Shown here in pieces: positions 9,607 through 19,621 of a stretch of DNA of 64,000 bases. Origin of the DNA: Deltaproteobacteria bacterium (GTDB taxonomy: Bacteria; Myxococcota_A; UBA9160; SMWR01). Under the pieces are notes generated by a model, which was not told the DNA's origin, did no database searches, and was given only the letters and a program-made list of their open reading frames with translations. The stretch covers positions 32,001 to 96,000 of the forward strand of contig JAQBGU010000012.1 in NCBI GenBank assembly GCA_032128375.1, read 5' to 3'. Position numbers and translations under genes: made by a program. The first letter of the stretch is position 1, and each line of letters starts with the position of its first letter.

Positions 9607-12600
9607 ATGGAGAAGTCAACTAGCGGATTGCCGGGTCGAACGGATCCGACCCGAGTGCGATCGAATGGGGCTTCGCTGCAGTGGGCTTCGCTCGAGCGGG
9701 CTTCGCTTTCGCCGGCGACCTTCCGGTGGATGCTTGTCATCGGTCTTGCCGTCACGCTGTCGACCCCGCAATCGGCACAGGCTGTGCTCGACATCCTGGT
9801 CAACGAGACCGGCAAGCTGAGTCTTTCGGCGGACGGAGCGGGCAGCACGGCCGTATCCACGACGATTCAGGTCGAAAAACCGAATGCCGCCGCAAGCGTC
9901 CGATCCGCCTTTCTGAGTTGTGCCTCACTCGGGGGCCGAGTCATCAGCCATGGCGACATCTCTCTGGACACCAATCCCGTCAACTTCTCTGCGAGCGTCA
10001 TTGCCGACAGCCCGTTCGCATTCAACAACGTTTTCGGAGAAGTCACTGCCTTCGTCAAGCCACGGGTCGATGCTGCACCCCCGGGTCTCGTGAGTTTCGA
10101 ACAATCAGAAGTTGCGTCGTCCACGATCGATGGGTGCGCGCTCTATGTGATCTTCGATAATCCAAGTGCGCCCGACAGCACCATATTCGTTCTGTTCGGG
10201 TCCCAGACCTCTACTGGCGACTCATTCGATGTCACACTGGCCGAGCCGCTGGACCCCGAAAACGACACAGCCGAGATGGGTTTGGCGATATCGTTCAGCT
10301 TCCAGGGTTCCATGGTCAGCTCGCTTGACGTCAACGGAACGCGGTTGACGAGTTCCGCGGGCGGACAGGACGACGGAGCAGGCACGGACGGCGCGTTGAT
10401 TACTGTCGGTGGAATTGGTGACACCAACGAGAACCCACCGCCGCTCGTCGAATTCCCCAGCAGTTCGAGATTCGATGACGAACTCTACAACCTGTTGCCG
10501 TTCGTGGGATCCGGTGAGACGTCCATTCGAATCGACACCCGGAATCCCAGCAACGACGACAACATCTTTGCCGGGCATATGGTGTTTTCCGGTCTGGGAA
10601 TCGAAGGCGAGGGAATCTTGCTGGCACCGCGCGACGCGGCGAATTTGATCGGAACCAGCGACGCCATTACTGCGACCGTCGTAAACGATAGTGGTGTCCA
10701 GGTCGCCGGACGCTTGGTTGATTTTCGTGTCGACTCCGGTCCGAATGCGGGTCAGACCAGCGATCCCGGACAAGGAGAGTGCGCGCCCAACAGCGATTGC
10801 ACGACGGACACCGCCGGACGCGTGACCTGGACCTACACGAGTAACGGAATCGCAGGTACGGATGTCATCACGGCCACGTTTACCACCAACCAGGGCGCCC
10901 CACTGACGTCGAGCCCCGCGACGAAGTTGTGGCTTGTTACCGCCGGGGCCACACTTGTGGTCGATCCGATCGAAGGAGATGAAAATCCGATCACGGAGAT
11001 CAATAACGCGCTGTTCGCACCTTCCGGAGGAATTTCGATCGTCGCCGAAAGTGAAGTTTTCGTCGGCCGCGTTGGTGATGGCGTGGACCACAACACCGCT
11101 CAGTCGGCAACTTACACTGACTTCAGCCTGGTCAGCGGCCTGCAGGTACCGACACCCAGCCTGGCTCTCCCGAACGGAATCTTGTTGACCTCGGGGAACG
11201 CCAATATTTTGAGTACGAACACCTCCGAAGATTTTCAAGGGGTTACGAACACCGGCGGCGACGCTGAGGCGGCTGCCATTCTCGAGGCCAACGAGCTGAC
11301 CTCGAACCTGGCGGACGTCAATTCCTACTCTTTCGAGTTTACGGTCCCCGAAGGCATCGACGCAGTTTCTGCGAACTTCGTGTTCGGTAGCGAGGAATTC
11401 CCCACCACACCGTTTACCGACTTCTTTCTGTTCATTGTCGACGGCGTCAATTACGCCAGATTCGCAGATGAGAGCCTGGTCGCATTCCAAGACGGCGTCA
11501 ACGAAGACAACTTCAACAACAACGACTTCAACAACCCCGCACCCAACTATCCGATCGAATACGACGGGCTCTCGAACGTATTGTTGGCAATCGGTCAACT
11601 GAACCCGAAGATCTCGACCCATACCCTGAAGATCATCGTCGGCGACACGGGCGATGGGGAGAGTTCGGATCCGAATCTCGACAGTGCCGTGTTTATCGGC
11701 GGTCTTCGCGCCTGTGAATTCGGAGTGAACTGCGCGAGTGGCCCACCGGTAGTCGACAACAATGATCCCGAATGCGTTTCATTGTCGGTGGACGGGTCGC
11801 AAGGTTTCGGGTTCGCAACCGACAACGCCCCGAGCGAAGACAGCAACGGGAACGGTTTTCTCGACCCCGGCGAGGACGCAAACGAAAACGGCTTGATCGA
11901 CGTTGATTCCGGTATCGCGACGGTCGCACTCGTTGGAGAGTCTTCGAATCTCACGGTGAATTTCAGTCCGGTTTTTTCGGTCGGGGATCCTGACGCGAGT
12001 TTCGTGGTGGAGCTCGTGAACGCGAATTTGCCCGGGGACGGAACCGTCAGCGTGACCGACGATGCTGGCAACGCCTGTGTGTACGACAACATCGTCATCG
12101 CCGCGGTTTGTGTTCCCGACGTGGTGTGCAACACCGGCCTCGACGGAGTGTGTGCCGACGGGGTCACCTCTTGCGACGAGACGGGGATCTCGACTTGCGT
12201 GGCCACGACACAGCCCGGAGAGTTGGCGGAGGTTTGCGACTCCGCCGACAACAATTGCGACGGCGCGGTCGATGAAGGCCTCGATGTGATCACCACTTGT
12301 GGTGCGGGCCTGTGCGCCGCATCGGGCGTCATTTCCTGCGTAGAAGGCAGTGAGCAGCCCGACACATGTGAACCGGTCGCGGGTGTGGTCGCACAGACCA
12401 GTTGTGGTGCCGACCGATGTGTCTCATCTGGGATAGTCGCCTGCATCGATGGCACACAGCAGCCCGATACATGCCGGCCATTCAGGGGTGTGGTCGAGCG
12501 GACAGAATGTGGTGTCGGTCAGTGTGCCTCCTTTGGTGTAATCGCGTGCGATGGGGGTGCGGAGCAGCTGGATACGTGTGTCGCAGGCGACCCGGGCCCG

Positions 12601-14109
12601 GAGATTTGCGACGACCTCGACAACAATTGCAACGATTCCATCGACGAGTGCTGCCCCTCTAGCGAGTCCGGCACGGAGGGCTGCCCCGTATGTTCCGATC
12701 TGCTCCTGGTCGAAGGGTCCGAAACCGAGTACATGGGCACAGCGACCGACACGGACGGGATCTTGTTCGTCGCGGCGCCGTCCGAGAGCAACCTGACAGT
12801 GATGCCACACTTCGTTCCGGGCGACTCGATAGCTGAGTTCACTGTCGGAATCGACGATATGAACTCCCCGGCAGGCGGTGTCCTCGCGGCGATCGACACC
12901 GACCAACTCGTGTGCTTCTTCGATCCGGTGGACTTCCCCACCGCGGTCGGCGGCGGCACCACATCAACCTGGAGTGAGGGTGTTCGACTCGCCGGCAATC
13001 TCGCCTACGTGCTGGACGAAGTCGATGGGCTCAGCATTTTCGATCTTGCGAACCTGGAATCTTCCGGCCACCAGCTGCTCGGAACCCTGCAGACAAACAC
13101 GACTCAGTGTCCGAACGGGGTATTCTACGACGATCTGGATGTGCGGGGGACGACTGTGATCATCGCCGGCGGAATCTGCGGCCTGATCATCGCCGACGTT
13201 TCTGATCCCGCTGAGCCGTTCGTGATCGCGACGCTCGACACGATGGGCGAGGCGGAAGACGCCATCTTCGGGAGTAACGGTAGGGTGTATGTGGCGGACT
13301 TCTTCCGTGGGCTGGTCGTAGTCGATGTGTCGAATACCAGCGAACCGACAGTGATCGCAGTCGTGGAAACGTCCAATTCTTTCTCGGCTGTGTCGGCCTT
13401 CGGTGAGCAGTCCCTTCCGTTGCTCGGTTCACCCGTTTCGTTGTTCGCGGACGAAGATCGAAATCTATTGCACGTAGCGACAACGCGAGGCCTTTTCATC
13501 ATCGATATCGACCCGGCGAGACCGGGCTTCCCGGTCATCGGCTCGTTCGATGCGAACCCCGACGACGGTGCGAGTCAACAGCAACGAAATGCGCGGACTC
13601 CACAGGATGTCGTTAGCGCAGGTGACTTCGCGTATCTCTCGGTCGCTCAAGCGGGCCTGTTGATCATCGACGTCAGTAACCCGTCGAATCCACAACCGGT
13701 CGGCAATCCCGTCACGACCGTCCAGATTTTCTACAAGCTGTCGATTTCCGAATCGCGGTTGTTTGTCGGCGAAGGATCTTGCGGAGTTGCGGTCTTCCAG
13801 ATCGTCGGTTCGGAACTTCGCGAAGTGCTCGGGAGCCCGTTTCCCATCGAGGGCTCCGCGGTCGATTGTTCCAATCCCAGTGTGTCCGATACGTTTGCAT
13901 GGTCGCTCGACGAACTGTCGGGAAGAGTCATTGTCGGCACGGGCATCCTTTCGCCGGGGTCCGGTGGATTCCAATTCATCGACTTCACGGAGTCGCTGGG
14001 AATGCCGGTCCCGGAGCCGGACAGCCAGTGGATGTTCGCAGTCGCGATCGCGAGCCTCGTGGCACTCCGACGACGGCGGAACGCGGCGGCTGGCAGAAGG
14101 CGAGGCTAA
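9607..14109 (+). CDS. Large PEP-CTERM-sorted surface protein (Ig-like, choice-of-anchor L-like, Cys-rich repeats, LVIVD repeats)
   Basis: CAGGAG before ATG 9607; signal-like segment ending AQA; FVFGSEEFP..IEYDG..DSAVFIG; EVCDSADNNCDGAVDEG; GLIIADVSDP / GLVVVDVSN / GLLIIDVSNP; C-terminal PVPEP-TM-RRRR. Confidence 0.88.
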   Translation: MEKSTSGLPGRTDPTRVRSNGASLQWASLERASLSPATFRWMLVIGLAVTLSTPQSAQAVLDILVNETGKLSLSADGAGSTAVSTTIQVEKPNAAASVRSAFLSCASLGGRVISHGDISLDTNPVNFSASVIADSPFAFNNVFGEVTAFVKPRVDAAPPGLVSFEQSEVASSTIDGCALYVIFDNPSAPDSTIFVLFGSQTSTGDSFDVTLAEPLDPENDTAEMGLAISFSFQGSMVSSLDVNGTRLTSSAGGQDDGAGTDGALITVGGIGDTNENPPPLVEFPSSSRFDDELYNLLPFVGSGETSIRIDTRNPSNDDNIFAGHMVFSGLGIEGEGILLAPRDAANLIGTSDAITATVVNDSGVQVAGRLVDFRVDSGPNAGQTSDPGQGECAPNSDCTTDTAGRVTWTYTSNGIAGTDVITATFTTNQGAPLTSSPATKLWLVTAGATLVVDPIEGDENPITEINNALFAPSGGISIVAESEVFVGRVGDGVDHNTAQSATYTDFSLVSGLQVPTPSLALPNGILLTSGNANILSTNTSEDFQGVTNTGGDAEAAAILEANELTSNLADVNSYSFEFTVPEGIDAVSANFVFGSEEFPTTPFTDFFLFIVDGVNYARFADESLVAFQDGVNEDNFNNNDFNNPAPNYPIEYDGLSNVLLAIGQLNPKISTHTLKIIVGDTGDGESSDPNLDSAVFIGGLRACEFGVNCASGPPVVDNNDPECVSLSVDGSQGFGFATDNAPSEDSNGNGFLDPGEDANENGLIDVDSGIATVALVGESSNLTVNFSPVFSVGDPDASFVVELVNANLPGDGTVSVTDDAGNACVYDNIVIAAVCVPDVVCNTGLDGVCADGVTSCDETGISTCVATTQPGELAEVCDSADNNCDGAVDEGLDVITTCGAGLCAASGVISCVEGSEQPDTCEPVAGVVAQTSCGADRCVSSGIVACIDGTQQPDTCRPFRGVVERTECGVGQCASFGVIACDGGAEQLDTCVAGDPGPEICDDLDNNCNDSIDECCPSSESGTEGCPVCSDLLLVEGSETEYMGTATDTDGILFVAAPSESNLTVMPHFVPGDSIAEFTVGIDDMNSPAGGVLAAIDTDQLVCFFDPVDFPTAVGGGTTSTWSEGVRLAGNLAYVLDEVDGLSIFDLANLESSGHQLLGTLQTNTTQCPNGVFYDDLDVRGTTVIIAGGICGLIIADVSDPAEPFVIATLDTMGEAEDAIFGSNGRVYVADFFRGLVVVDVSNTSEPTVIAVVETSNSFSAVSAFGEQSLPLLGSPVSLFADEDRNLLHVATTRGLFIIDIDPARPGFPVIGSFDANPDDGASQQQRNARTPQDVVSAGDFAYLSVAQAGLLIIDVSNPSNPQPVGNPVTTVQIFYKLSISESRLFVGEGSCGVAVFQIVGSELREVLGSPFPIEGSAVDCSNPSVSDTFAWSLDELSGRVIVGTGILSPGSGGFQFIDFTESLGMPVPEPDSQWMFAVAIASLVALRRRRNAAAGRRRG
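12292..12590 (+). repeat. Three Cys-rich repeats of about 34 aa inside the PEP-CTERM protein
   Basis: TxCGxxxCxxxGxxxCxxGxxQxDTC x3. Confidence 0.8.
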
Positions 14110-14209
14110 ACGCGTCGGGAAGCAAAGCTGGATACGTGCCGAATGCGGCGCTGGGCGGACAGCGAGACTGCGCGTCTCCTAGCGACGCGTGGACCGAAGC
14201 GCGGGTCGG

Positions 14210-14722
14210 CTATTCGATGTATCCCAGGCTCCGCAACATCTCGAGTTCAGCGGGGTCGGAACCCGCGCTCGCAGAATCTCCGATCATCTTGGCGATGATC
14301 GGGCTATCGGGATAACGCTTCGCGCCGAGATCGAGCACCTCGATCGCAGTCGCACCGTCGCCGGCAGTCTTGAGCTGGTGGGCGGTCGCTGTGTACTCGG
14401 TTGCCGGGATGAAGTCAGCGTAATCGGCCCCGAGACGAATGAGCAATTCCTTGGTTTGCAAGCCGTGGCCGGCGCGCGCATGTGCTTCCAGAAGAACCAA
14501 CTCCAGTCCCCAAACGGTCGTGGCTTCACCACCCGCCGCCAACCCGTCTTGTGCGGCCGCGATCGCGGCGTCATAAGCGCCGTCGGCCAGGTCGCTTCGC
14601 GCATCGACCAAGTGGTCTACGCCCGGCTTTCCGCATCCCGTCGGGGACAGAGCCACCGCGAGTGCCAACAGTAGTTTCAAAGACTTGCGGACGGTTCTTG
14701 CGTATTGGGGGATTTTCGCCAT
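14210..14722 (-). CDS. Helical (TPR-like) lipoprotein ending in LRSLGYIE
   Basis: Basic N-terminus, hydrophobic stretch and SPTGC lipobox; Ala/Leu helical repeats; C-terminus ELEMLRSLGYIE. Confidence 0.75.
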   Translation of the reverse strand: MAKIPQYARTVRKSLKLLLALAVALSPTGCGKPGVDHLVDARSDLADGAYDAAIAAAQDGLAAGGEATTVWGLELVLLEAHARAGHGLQTKELLIRLGADYADFIPATEYTATAHQLKTAGDGATAIEVLDLGAKRYPDSPIIAKMIGDSASAGSDPAELEMLRSLGYIE

Positions 14723-15024
14723 TGGAAATCCTCGAATTCCTGAAGCGACAAGTTCTCTTGTTTGAAACATTCCAAGCAAAGTCGGCGACTTACCCTAGCC
14801 GTGTCGGCTGTTTGCCGCATCGTGTTCACGCGTAGTGTTCTACTCTAGGCGCGGCGGGTTTCGTCCGAAAACCGGGGAATCGGGCCCTCGCTGCCGCATT
14901 CTCCCATTCTTGTTGGTCTCGTTGGCCTGGTTGGCGAGTGGCCAACGAATAGTTGGCTCAGTCGGGTTGAAGTTTGTCCCATCGCATTTGTCGGAGAGCT
15001 CTTGTCGGAAAATCGAGCGAGACC

Positions 15025-17280
15025 ATGATCTGTTTCCATCGCTGGCACCGAATCGTCTCGTCGAGCCCCACTCTGTCCGTGTGGCTGCTTGTCGCGATCG
15101 TGTCGGTCACCGCAGGCGAGGCGCACGCGTACATCGGTCCGGGAGCCGGCTTCGCGCTGGGCGGATCGATGCTGGTTCTGCTGGCCACCTTCCTGTTGGC
15201 CTTCGCGATCATCCTCACTTACCCCTTCCGGATGCTCTATCGCTTCATCAAGGTGGGCAACCCGTACAAGACCGCGATCGCGAAGAAGGTCGTAATTCTC
15301 GGCCTCGATGGAATGGACCCCGGCCTGACCACCAGGTTCATGCGTGAGGGCCGCATGCCGAATTTTCAGAAATTGGCGGACCGCGGTGTGTTTCGGAAAC
15401 TCGATACCAGCAATCCGTCCATGTCGCCGGTAGCGTGGTCGACGTTTGCTACCGGCGTCGACGCCAGCCGACACAATATCTACGACTTCCTCACGCGCGA
15501 TCCCTGCACGTACGGGCCGACGCTGAGTTCCACGGAACTGACGCAGGTGAGGAAGGTCGTCAACATCGGGCGCTTCATGGTACCGCTGGGGGGTACCTCG
15601 GCGAAGATGAAGTTACTCCAGAAGAGCCAGCATTTCTGGAAGTTACTCGGCGCGAAGAACATCTTTTCCATCATCCAACGCGTCCCCATCACCTTCCCGC
15701 CAGAGCCCTTCGAAAACGGTCTGTTGCTTTCCGGAATGTGCGTGCCGGATCTTCGCGGCAGCCAAGGCACTTTCTCTTTTTTCAGTAGCGATAGCGATGG
15801 CGGCGAAGCCAAGTTCATTGCGGGCGAACAGACGGTGCTGCGCCCCAAGGGCAACGTAACACGCTCGCGAATTGTCGGTCCCGACAATCCCAAGGGCGGG
15901 CGCATGACGCTTCCATTCACGCTAACGGTTGCGCAAGATGGCGCAGCGGCACTTCTCGAGATCGACGGCGGTGAATCCATCAAGCTGGTGGTGAATGAGT
16001 ACTCGGACTGGGTCGAACTCAAATTCTCGGCGGGCTTTGGAGCGAAGGCGGCCGGCATCGCGAGGTTCTATCTGATCTCGACGGCGCCGCACATCAATCT
16101 CTATATGACGCCGATCCACATCGATCCGGAAAACCCGTCGATGCCCATCTCACACCCAGAAGTCTATGCAATCTACTTGGCAAAAAAGCAGGGCAAGTTT
16201 GCAACCATGGGTTTCTCTGAAGATACCTGGGCGCTCAACGGGCGCGTGATCGACGAGCAGGTCTTCTTGGACCAGGCGATGTCGATTTACGAAGAACGCG
16301 AGACGATGTTCCTCGGCGCGGTCAAGCAGGCCAAGAAGGGCCTCGTAACCACAGTCTTCGATACCACCGATCGCATTCAGCATATGTTCTATCGCTATCT
16401 GGACCCGACGCACCCGGCCAACGCAGGCAAAGACACCGTGAAACACCGCGGCGCGATTGCAGAGGTCTATGAAAAGGCGGACGAGCTACTCGGCAAGCTT
16501 CAGCCCGTGATCGACGATCCGGATTCGGTACTGATGGTGATCAGCGATCATGGTTTCACCAACTTCAGACGTTGCATCAATATCAACAGCTGGCTGCGCG
16601 AAAACGGTTACCTCTTCATGAAGGACGAGACGGCGATCGAGAGCGGCGAGTGGTTCGAGGGCGTCGATTGGACACGAACCAAGGCCTTTGCACTTGGGCT
16701 CACGGGCATCTTCATCAACCGCAGAGGCCGGGAAAAGTCGGGTATCGTGCACGAAGGCAAGGACTATCGCGATCTGTGCAGAGAAATCGCGGACAAGCTC
16801 GAGAACATGATCGACCCGAGTACAGGCAAACGCTGCTGTCGCCGGGTTGCCGTCTCACACAGCTACTTCGACGGGCCCTATCGATTCGACGCACCAGACC
16901 TGCTCGTGGGCTGGGATGGAGGCTATCGGTATAGCTGGGAGGGCGCCGTCGGACAGGTGATGCCGGAGGTGTTTTCGGACAATACGCGCAGCTGGTCGGG
17001 CGACCACTGCGTCGACCCAGACGTCGTGCCCGGCATCTTGTTCTGCGACCGAGCGCTTTCGGAAGCGAACCCTCGCCTTGTCGATATTCCCGCGACGGTG
17101 TTGAAGTTGTTCGGCCAGGAGATCCCCGGATATATGCAGGGTCATATGATCCTGCCCGAAGGTGCCGAAGAGGGCACGGTCAAAGGCATGATCGACCCCA
17201 CATCGCTCGAACAGAGCGGTTCGGCGCCCGGAGCCCTGATCTTCCCTCCCGAAGGTCGCAGAGCCAGCGGACAGTCATGA
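15025..17280 (+). CDS. Alkaline phosphatase superfamily (NPP/phosphodiesterase-like) protein, membrane anchored
   Basis: ILGLDGMD, PSMSPVAWSTFATG, DRIQH, ISDHGF, WSGDH; N-terminal AHA-YIGPGAG plus TM; start uncertain. Confidence 0.88.
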   Translation: MICFHRWHRIVSSSPTLSVWLLVAIVSVTAGEAHAYIGPGAGFALGGSMLVLLATFLLAFAIILTYPFRMLYRFIKVGNPYKTAIAKKVVILGLDGMDPGLTTRFMREGRMPNFQKLADRGVFRKLDTSNPSMSPVAWSTFATGVDASRHNIYDFLTRDPCTYGPTLSSTELTQVRKVVNIGRFMVPLGGTSAKMKLLQKSQHFWKLLGAKNIFSIIQRVPITFPPEPFENGLLLSGMCVPDLRGSQGTFSFFSSDSDGGEAKFIAGEQTVLRPKGNVTRSRIVGPDNPKGGRMTLPFTLTVAQDGAAALLEIDGGESIKLVVNEYSDWVELKFSAGFGAKAAGIARFYLISTAPHINLYMTPIHIDPENPSMPISHPEVYAIYLAKKQGKFATMGFSEDTWALNGRVIDEQVFLDQAMSIYEERETMFLGAVKQAKKGLVTTVFDTTDRIQHMFYRYLDPTHPANAGKDTVKHRGAIAEVYEKADELLGKLQPVIDDPDSVLMVISDHGFTNFRRCININSWLRENGYLFMKDETAIESGEWFEGVDWTRTKAFALGLTGIFINRRGREKSGIVHEGKDYRDLCREIADKLENMIDPSTGKRCCRRVAVSHSYFDGPYRFDAPDLLVGWDGGYRYSWEGAVGQVMPEVFSDNTRSWSGDHCVDPDVVPGILFCDRALSEANPRLVDIPATVLKLFGQEIPGYMQGHMILPEGAEEGTVKGMIDPTSLEQSGSAPGALIFPPEGRRASGQS

Positions 17281-19313
17281 GCCCGAGCGACACAGTCATG
17301 AGCCTGTTCACACGACGAATCGTGGTTGCGGCCATTTCTCTCGCCTGGTTTCTGCTGTCGACTAACGCTCATGCTAGCGGACAGGCGGGCTTGTTCATCG
17401 TGGGTGTCGATGGCATGGACCCGGTGATCACGCAGCGACTGATGGACGAGGGCAAGATGCCCAACTTCTCGAAACTGGCGAACGAGGGAACCTTCCAGCG
17501 CCTCGGAACCGCCAACCCGCCGCAGAGCCCCGTGGCTTGGTCGAACTTCGTCACTGGGATGAACCCAGGCGGCCACGGAATCTTCGACTTCATTCACCGC
17601 GATCCGGCCAACTACCACCCGGTGTCGTCTGCTACGCCCGCGGTCGATGATCCCGGAAGCGCGTTTCACTTGTTCGGCTACGTCTTCCCGATCGGTGCAC
17701 CCGATAGGGTCAACAATCGCGGCGGCACGCCGTGGTGGGATGTTCTGGTCGATCACGATATCGATGTCGAAGTGTTTCGGATTCCCGGCAACTTTCCGAA
17801 CCCGGAGTCAGAGGCGAAGGTGCTGGGCGGCATGGGGACGGTCGACCTGCGGGGCGGGTTCGGCACCTACACGCTGTACACCAACTCGTTGGTCGAAAAG
17901 AAGAACCCGAAGGGCGACGTGGAATACGTCACGGTTCACGACCTAGACCTCGATGGGACTCCCGAAACGGTGACCTCTGCGCTTCGGGGTCCGCCCGATA
18001 CCTTTCACCTGGAACCCGGCGCGATTCCGACTCACAACCAATACCTCACGCAAGGTGTCACGGTCCACATCGACGCCGAGTCCGATACAGCGGTGATCGA
18101 GATCTCAGGTCAGCGAGCTCTGATTGAGCAAGGGGAGTGGTCCGAGTGGTTGGAGGTCCGCTACGACGCGATGCCGATGGGCTTGATGCCGGTTGACGGA
18201 ATGGTTCGTTTCTACGCGATGGAGTTGCATCCGAATTTTCGGCTCTATGCATCGCCGGTGAATCTCTCGCCCGCCAGTCCTGCGATGGCGATCAGCAGTC
18301 CGGACGAATTCGCGGAAGACATCTACGAAAAGACCGGCTTTTTCTATACCCAGGGCTTACCCGAAGAGACTGACGCACTCAATGACGGCGTGTTCAGCGA
18401 TGATGACTATCTGGGTCAAGTCAGCCTGATCCAGCAGGACACACGCCGGATGATCGAGCTCGCACTCGACCGCTTCGAGACGGGCGACGCGACGTTTGTG
18501 TATCTGTCGGACATCGATCTGCAGAGTCACATGCTGTGGCGCCACGGTGATCCCAAGTACCCCGATGCGCCGCGGCACCCCGCGTACCGGCGAGACTTGG
18601 CTGAGAAGCACGCGAAGGACATCGAAAATTTCTATCGCGACGTCGACGAGTCACTGGGCGCGATCCGCAAGCGGTTGCCCGAAGGCACGCTGCTGATCGT
18701 GATGAGCGACCACGGCTTCCAGCCCTTTACGCGCGAGCTGCACCTGAACGCGTGGCTGCGCAACAAGGGTTACCTGGTGATGAAGCCGGAGAAGAATACG
18801 GGCTACTTCGTGACCAACGATGTTGATTGGACGAAGACGCGCGCCTACGGGCTCGGATTCAACGGGCTGTACATCAACCTGGCGGGACGAGAGGCGCAGG
18901 GGATCGTCGAGCTCGCCGATTCCGATGCGCTGCTTGGGCAGCTGTCTCGAAGTCTCGAGGCGTACCGGGACCCCGACGGCGGTGGACGAGTCGTGCGGCG
19001 CGTGGCGCGCGGATCCGAGATCTATACCGGTGACCGCGCAACCGAAGGCCCCGACCTCGTGGTCGGTTATGAAAAGGGTTATGGCTGCTCGGACGAATCT
19101 ACGCTCGGCGAAATCACAAAATGGGTCATCGAGGACAACGAGTCTCGATGGTCGGGCAACCACCTGATGGCGCCGGAGGTCGTTCCAGGGGTGTTGTTCG
19201 TAAACCGCAATTTGGCCGCTGATGGGCATGACCTCACCGATCTGACCGCCACGGTACTTTCCCATTTTGGCATCGACAAGCTCCCCGGCATGATCGGCGA
19301 GCCCGTGCTTTGA
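17277..19313 (+). CDS. Alkaline phosphatase superfamily (NPP-like) protein, exported paralog
   Basis: Signal peptide ending NAHA; IVGVDGMD, PPQSPVAWSNFVTG, DLQSH, MSDHGF, WSGNH; ATGA overlap with upstream gene (alternative start 17298). Confidence 0.88.
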   Translation: MSPSDTVMSLFTRRIVVAAISLAWFLLSTNAHASGQAGLFIVGVDGMDPVITQRLMDEGKMPNFSKLANEGTFQRLGTANPPQSPVAWSNFVTGMNPGGHGIFDFIHRDPANYHPVSSATPAVDDPGSAFHLFGYVFPIGAPDRVNNRGGTPWWDVLVDHDIDVEVFRIPGNFPNPESEAKVLGGMGTVDLRGGFGTYTLYTNSLVEKKNPKGDVEYVTVHDLDLDGTPETVTSALRGPPDTFHLEPGAIPTHNQYLTQGVTVHIDAESDTAVIEISGQRALIEQGEWSEWLEVRYDAMPMGLMPVDGMVRFYAMELHPNFRLYASPVNLSPASPAMAISSPDEFAEDIYEKTGFFYTQGLPEETDALNDGVFSDDDYLGQVSLIQQDTRRMIELALDRFETGDATFVYLSDIDLQSHMLWRHGDPKYPDAPRHPAYRRDLAEKHAKDIENFYRDVDESLGAIRKRLPEGTLLIVMSDHGFQPFTRELHLNAWLRNKGYLVMKPEKNTGYFVTNDVDWTKTRAYGLGFNGLYINLAGREAQGIVELADSDALLGQLSRSLEAYRDPDGGGRVVRRVARGSEIYTGDRATEGPDLVVGYEKGYGCSDESTLGEITKWVIEDNESRWSGNHLMAPEVVPGVLFVNRNLAADGHDLTDLTATVLSHFGIDKLPGMIGEPVL

Positions 19314-19389
19314 GAATCGAGACATCGACCTGCACCACCACGGTGGTCGAGCACAGCTTGCTCCACCACAGGGAAGGAGATCCGATCGA

Positions 19390-19590
19390 ATGCTAGGTAG
19401 CAAGAGTGTGAAGGTGAAACTCGACCGCGATCTGTTCGATCGCTTGCGCAAGGTCGCCGACGTAGCAGGCTACGCGACGCCCGAGGAGTTCGTGACCCAC
19501 GTCCTCGAAAAAGAGATGCTGCATTTCGAAGACGCGGGCTCTGACGACGATATTCGCGACAAGCTCAAAGGACTCGGTTACATCTCCTAA
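19390..19590 (+). CDS. Small ribbon-helix-helix-like protein with C-terminal LKGLGYIS tail
   Basis: AAGGAG RBS; VKVKLDRDLFDRLRKVADVAGYATPEEFVTHVLE (strand-helix-helix pattern), then acidic linker and DKLKGLGYIS. Confidence 0.78.
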   Translation: MLGSKSVKVKLDRDLFDRLRKVADVAGYATPEEFVTHVLEKEMLHFEDAGSDDDIRDKLKGLGYIS

Positions 19591-19621
19591 GCCCAATTCA
19601 ACAGGCGGCAGCGATCCGACG

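Noticed and set aside
12100..12700. Multiheme cytochrome from the Cys-rich stretch
   Set aside because: No CxxCH motifs; the pattern fits disulfide or Ca-binding repeats
15025..19313. Calling the AlkP paralogs formylglycine sulfatases
   Set aside because: No C/S-x-P-x-R motif; the SPVAWS and SDHG pattern is NPP/phosphodiesterase-like
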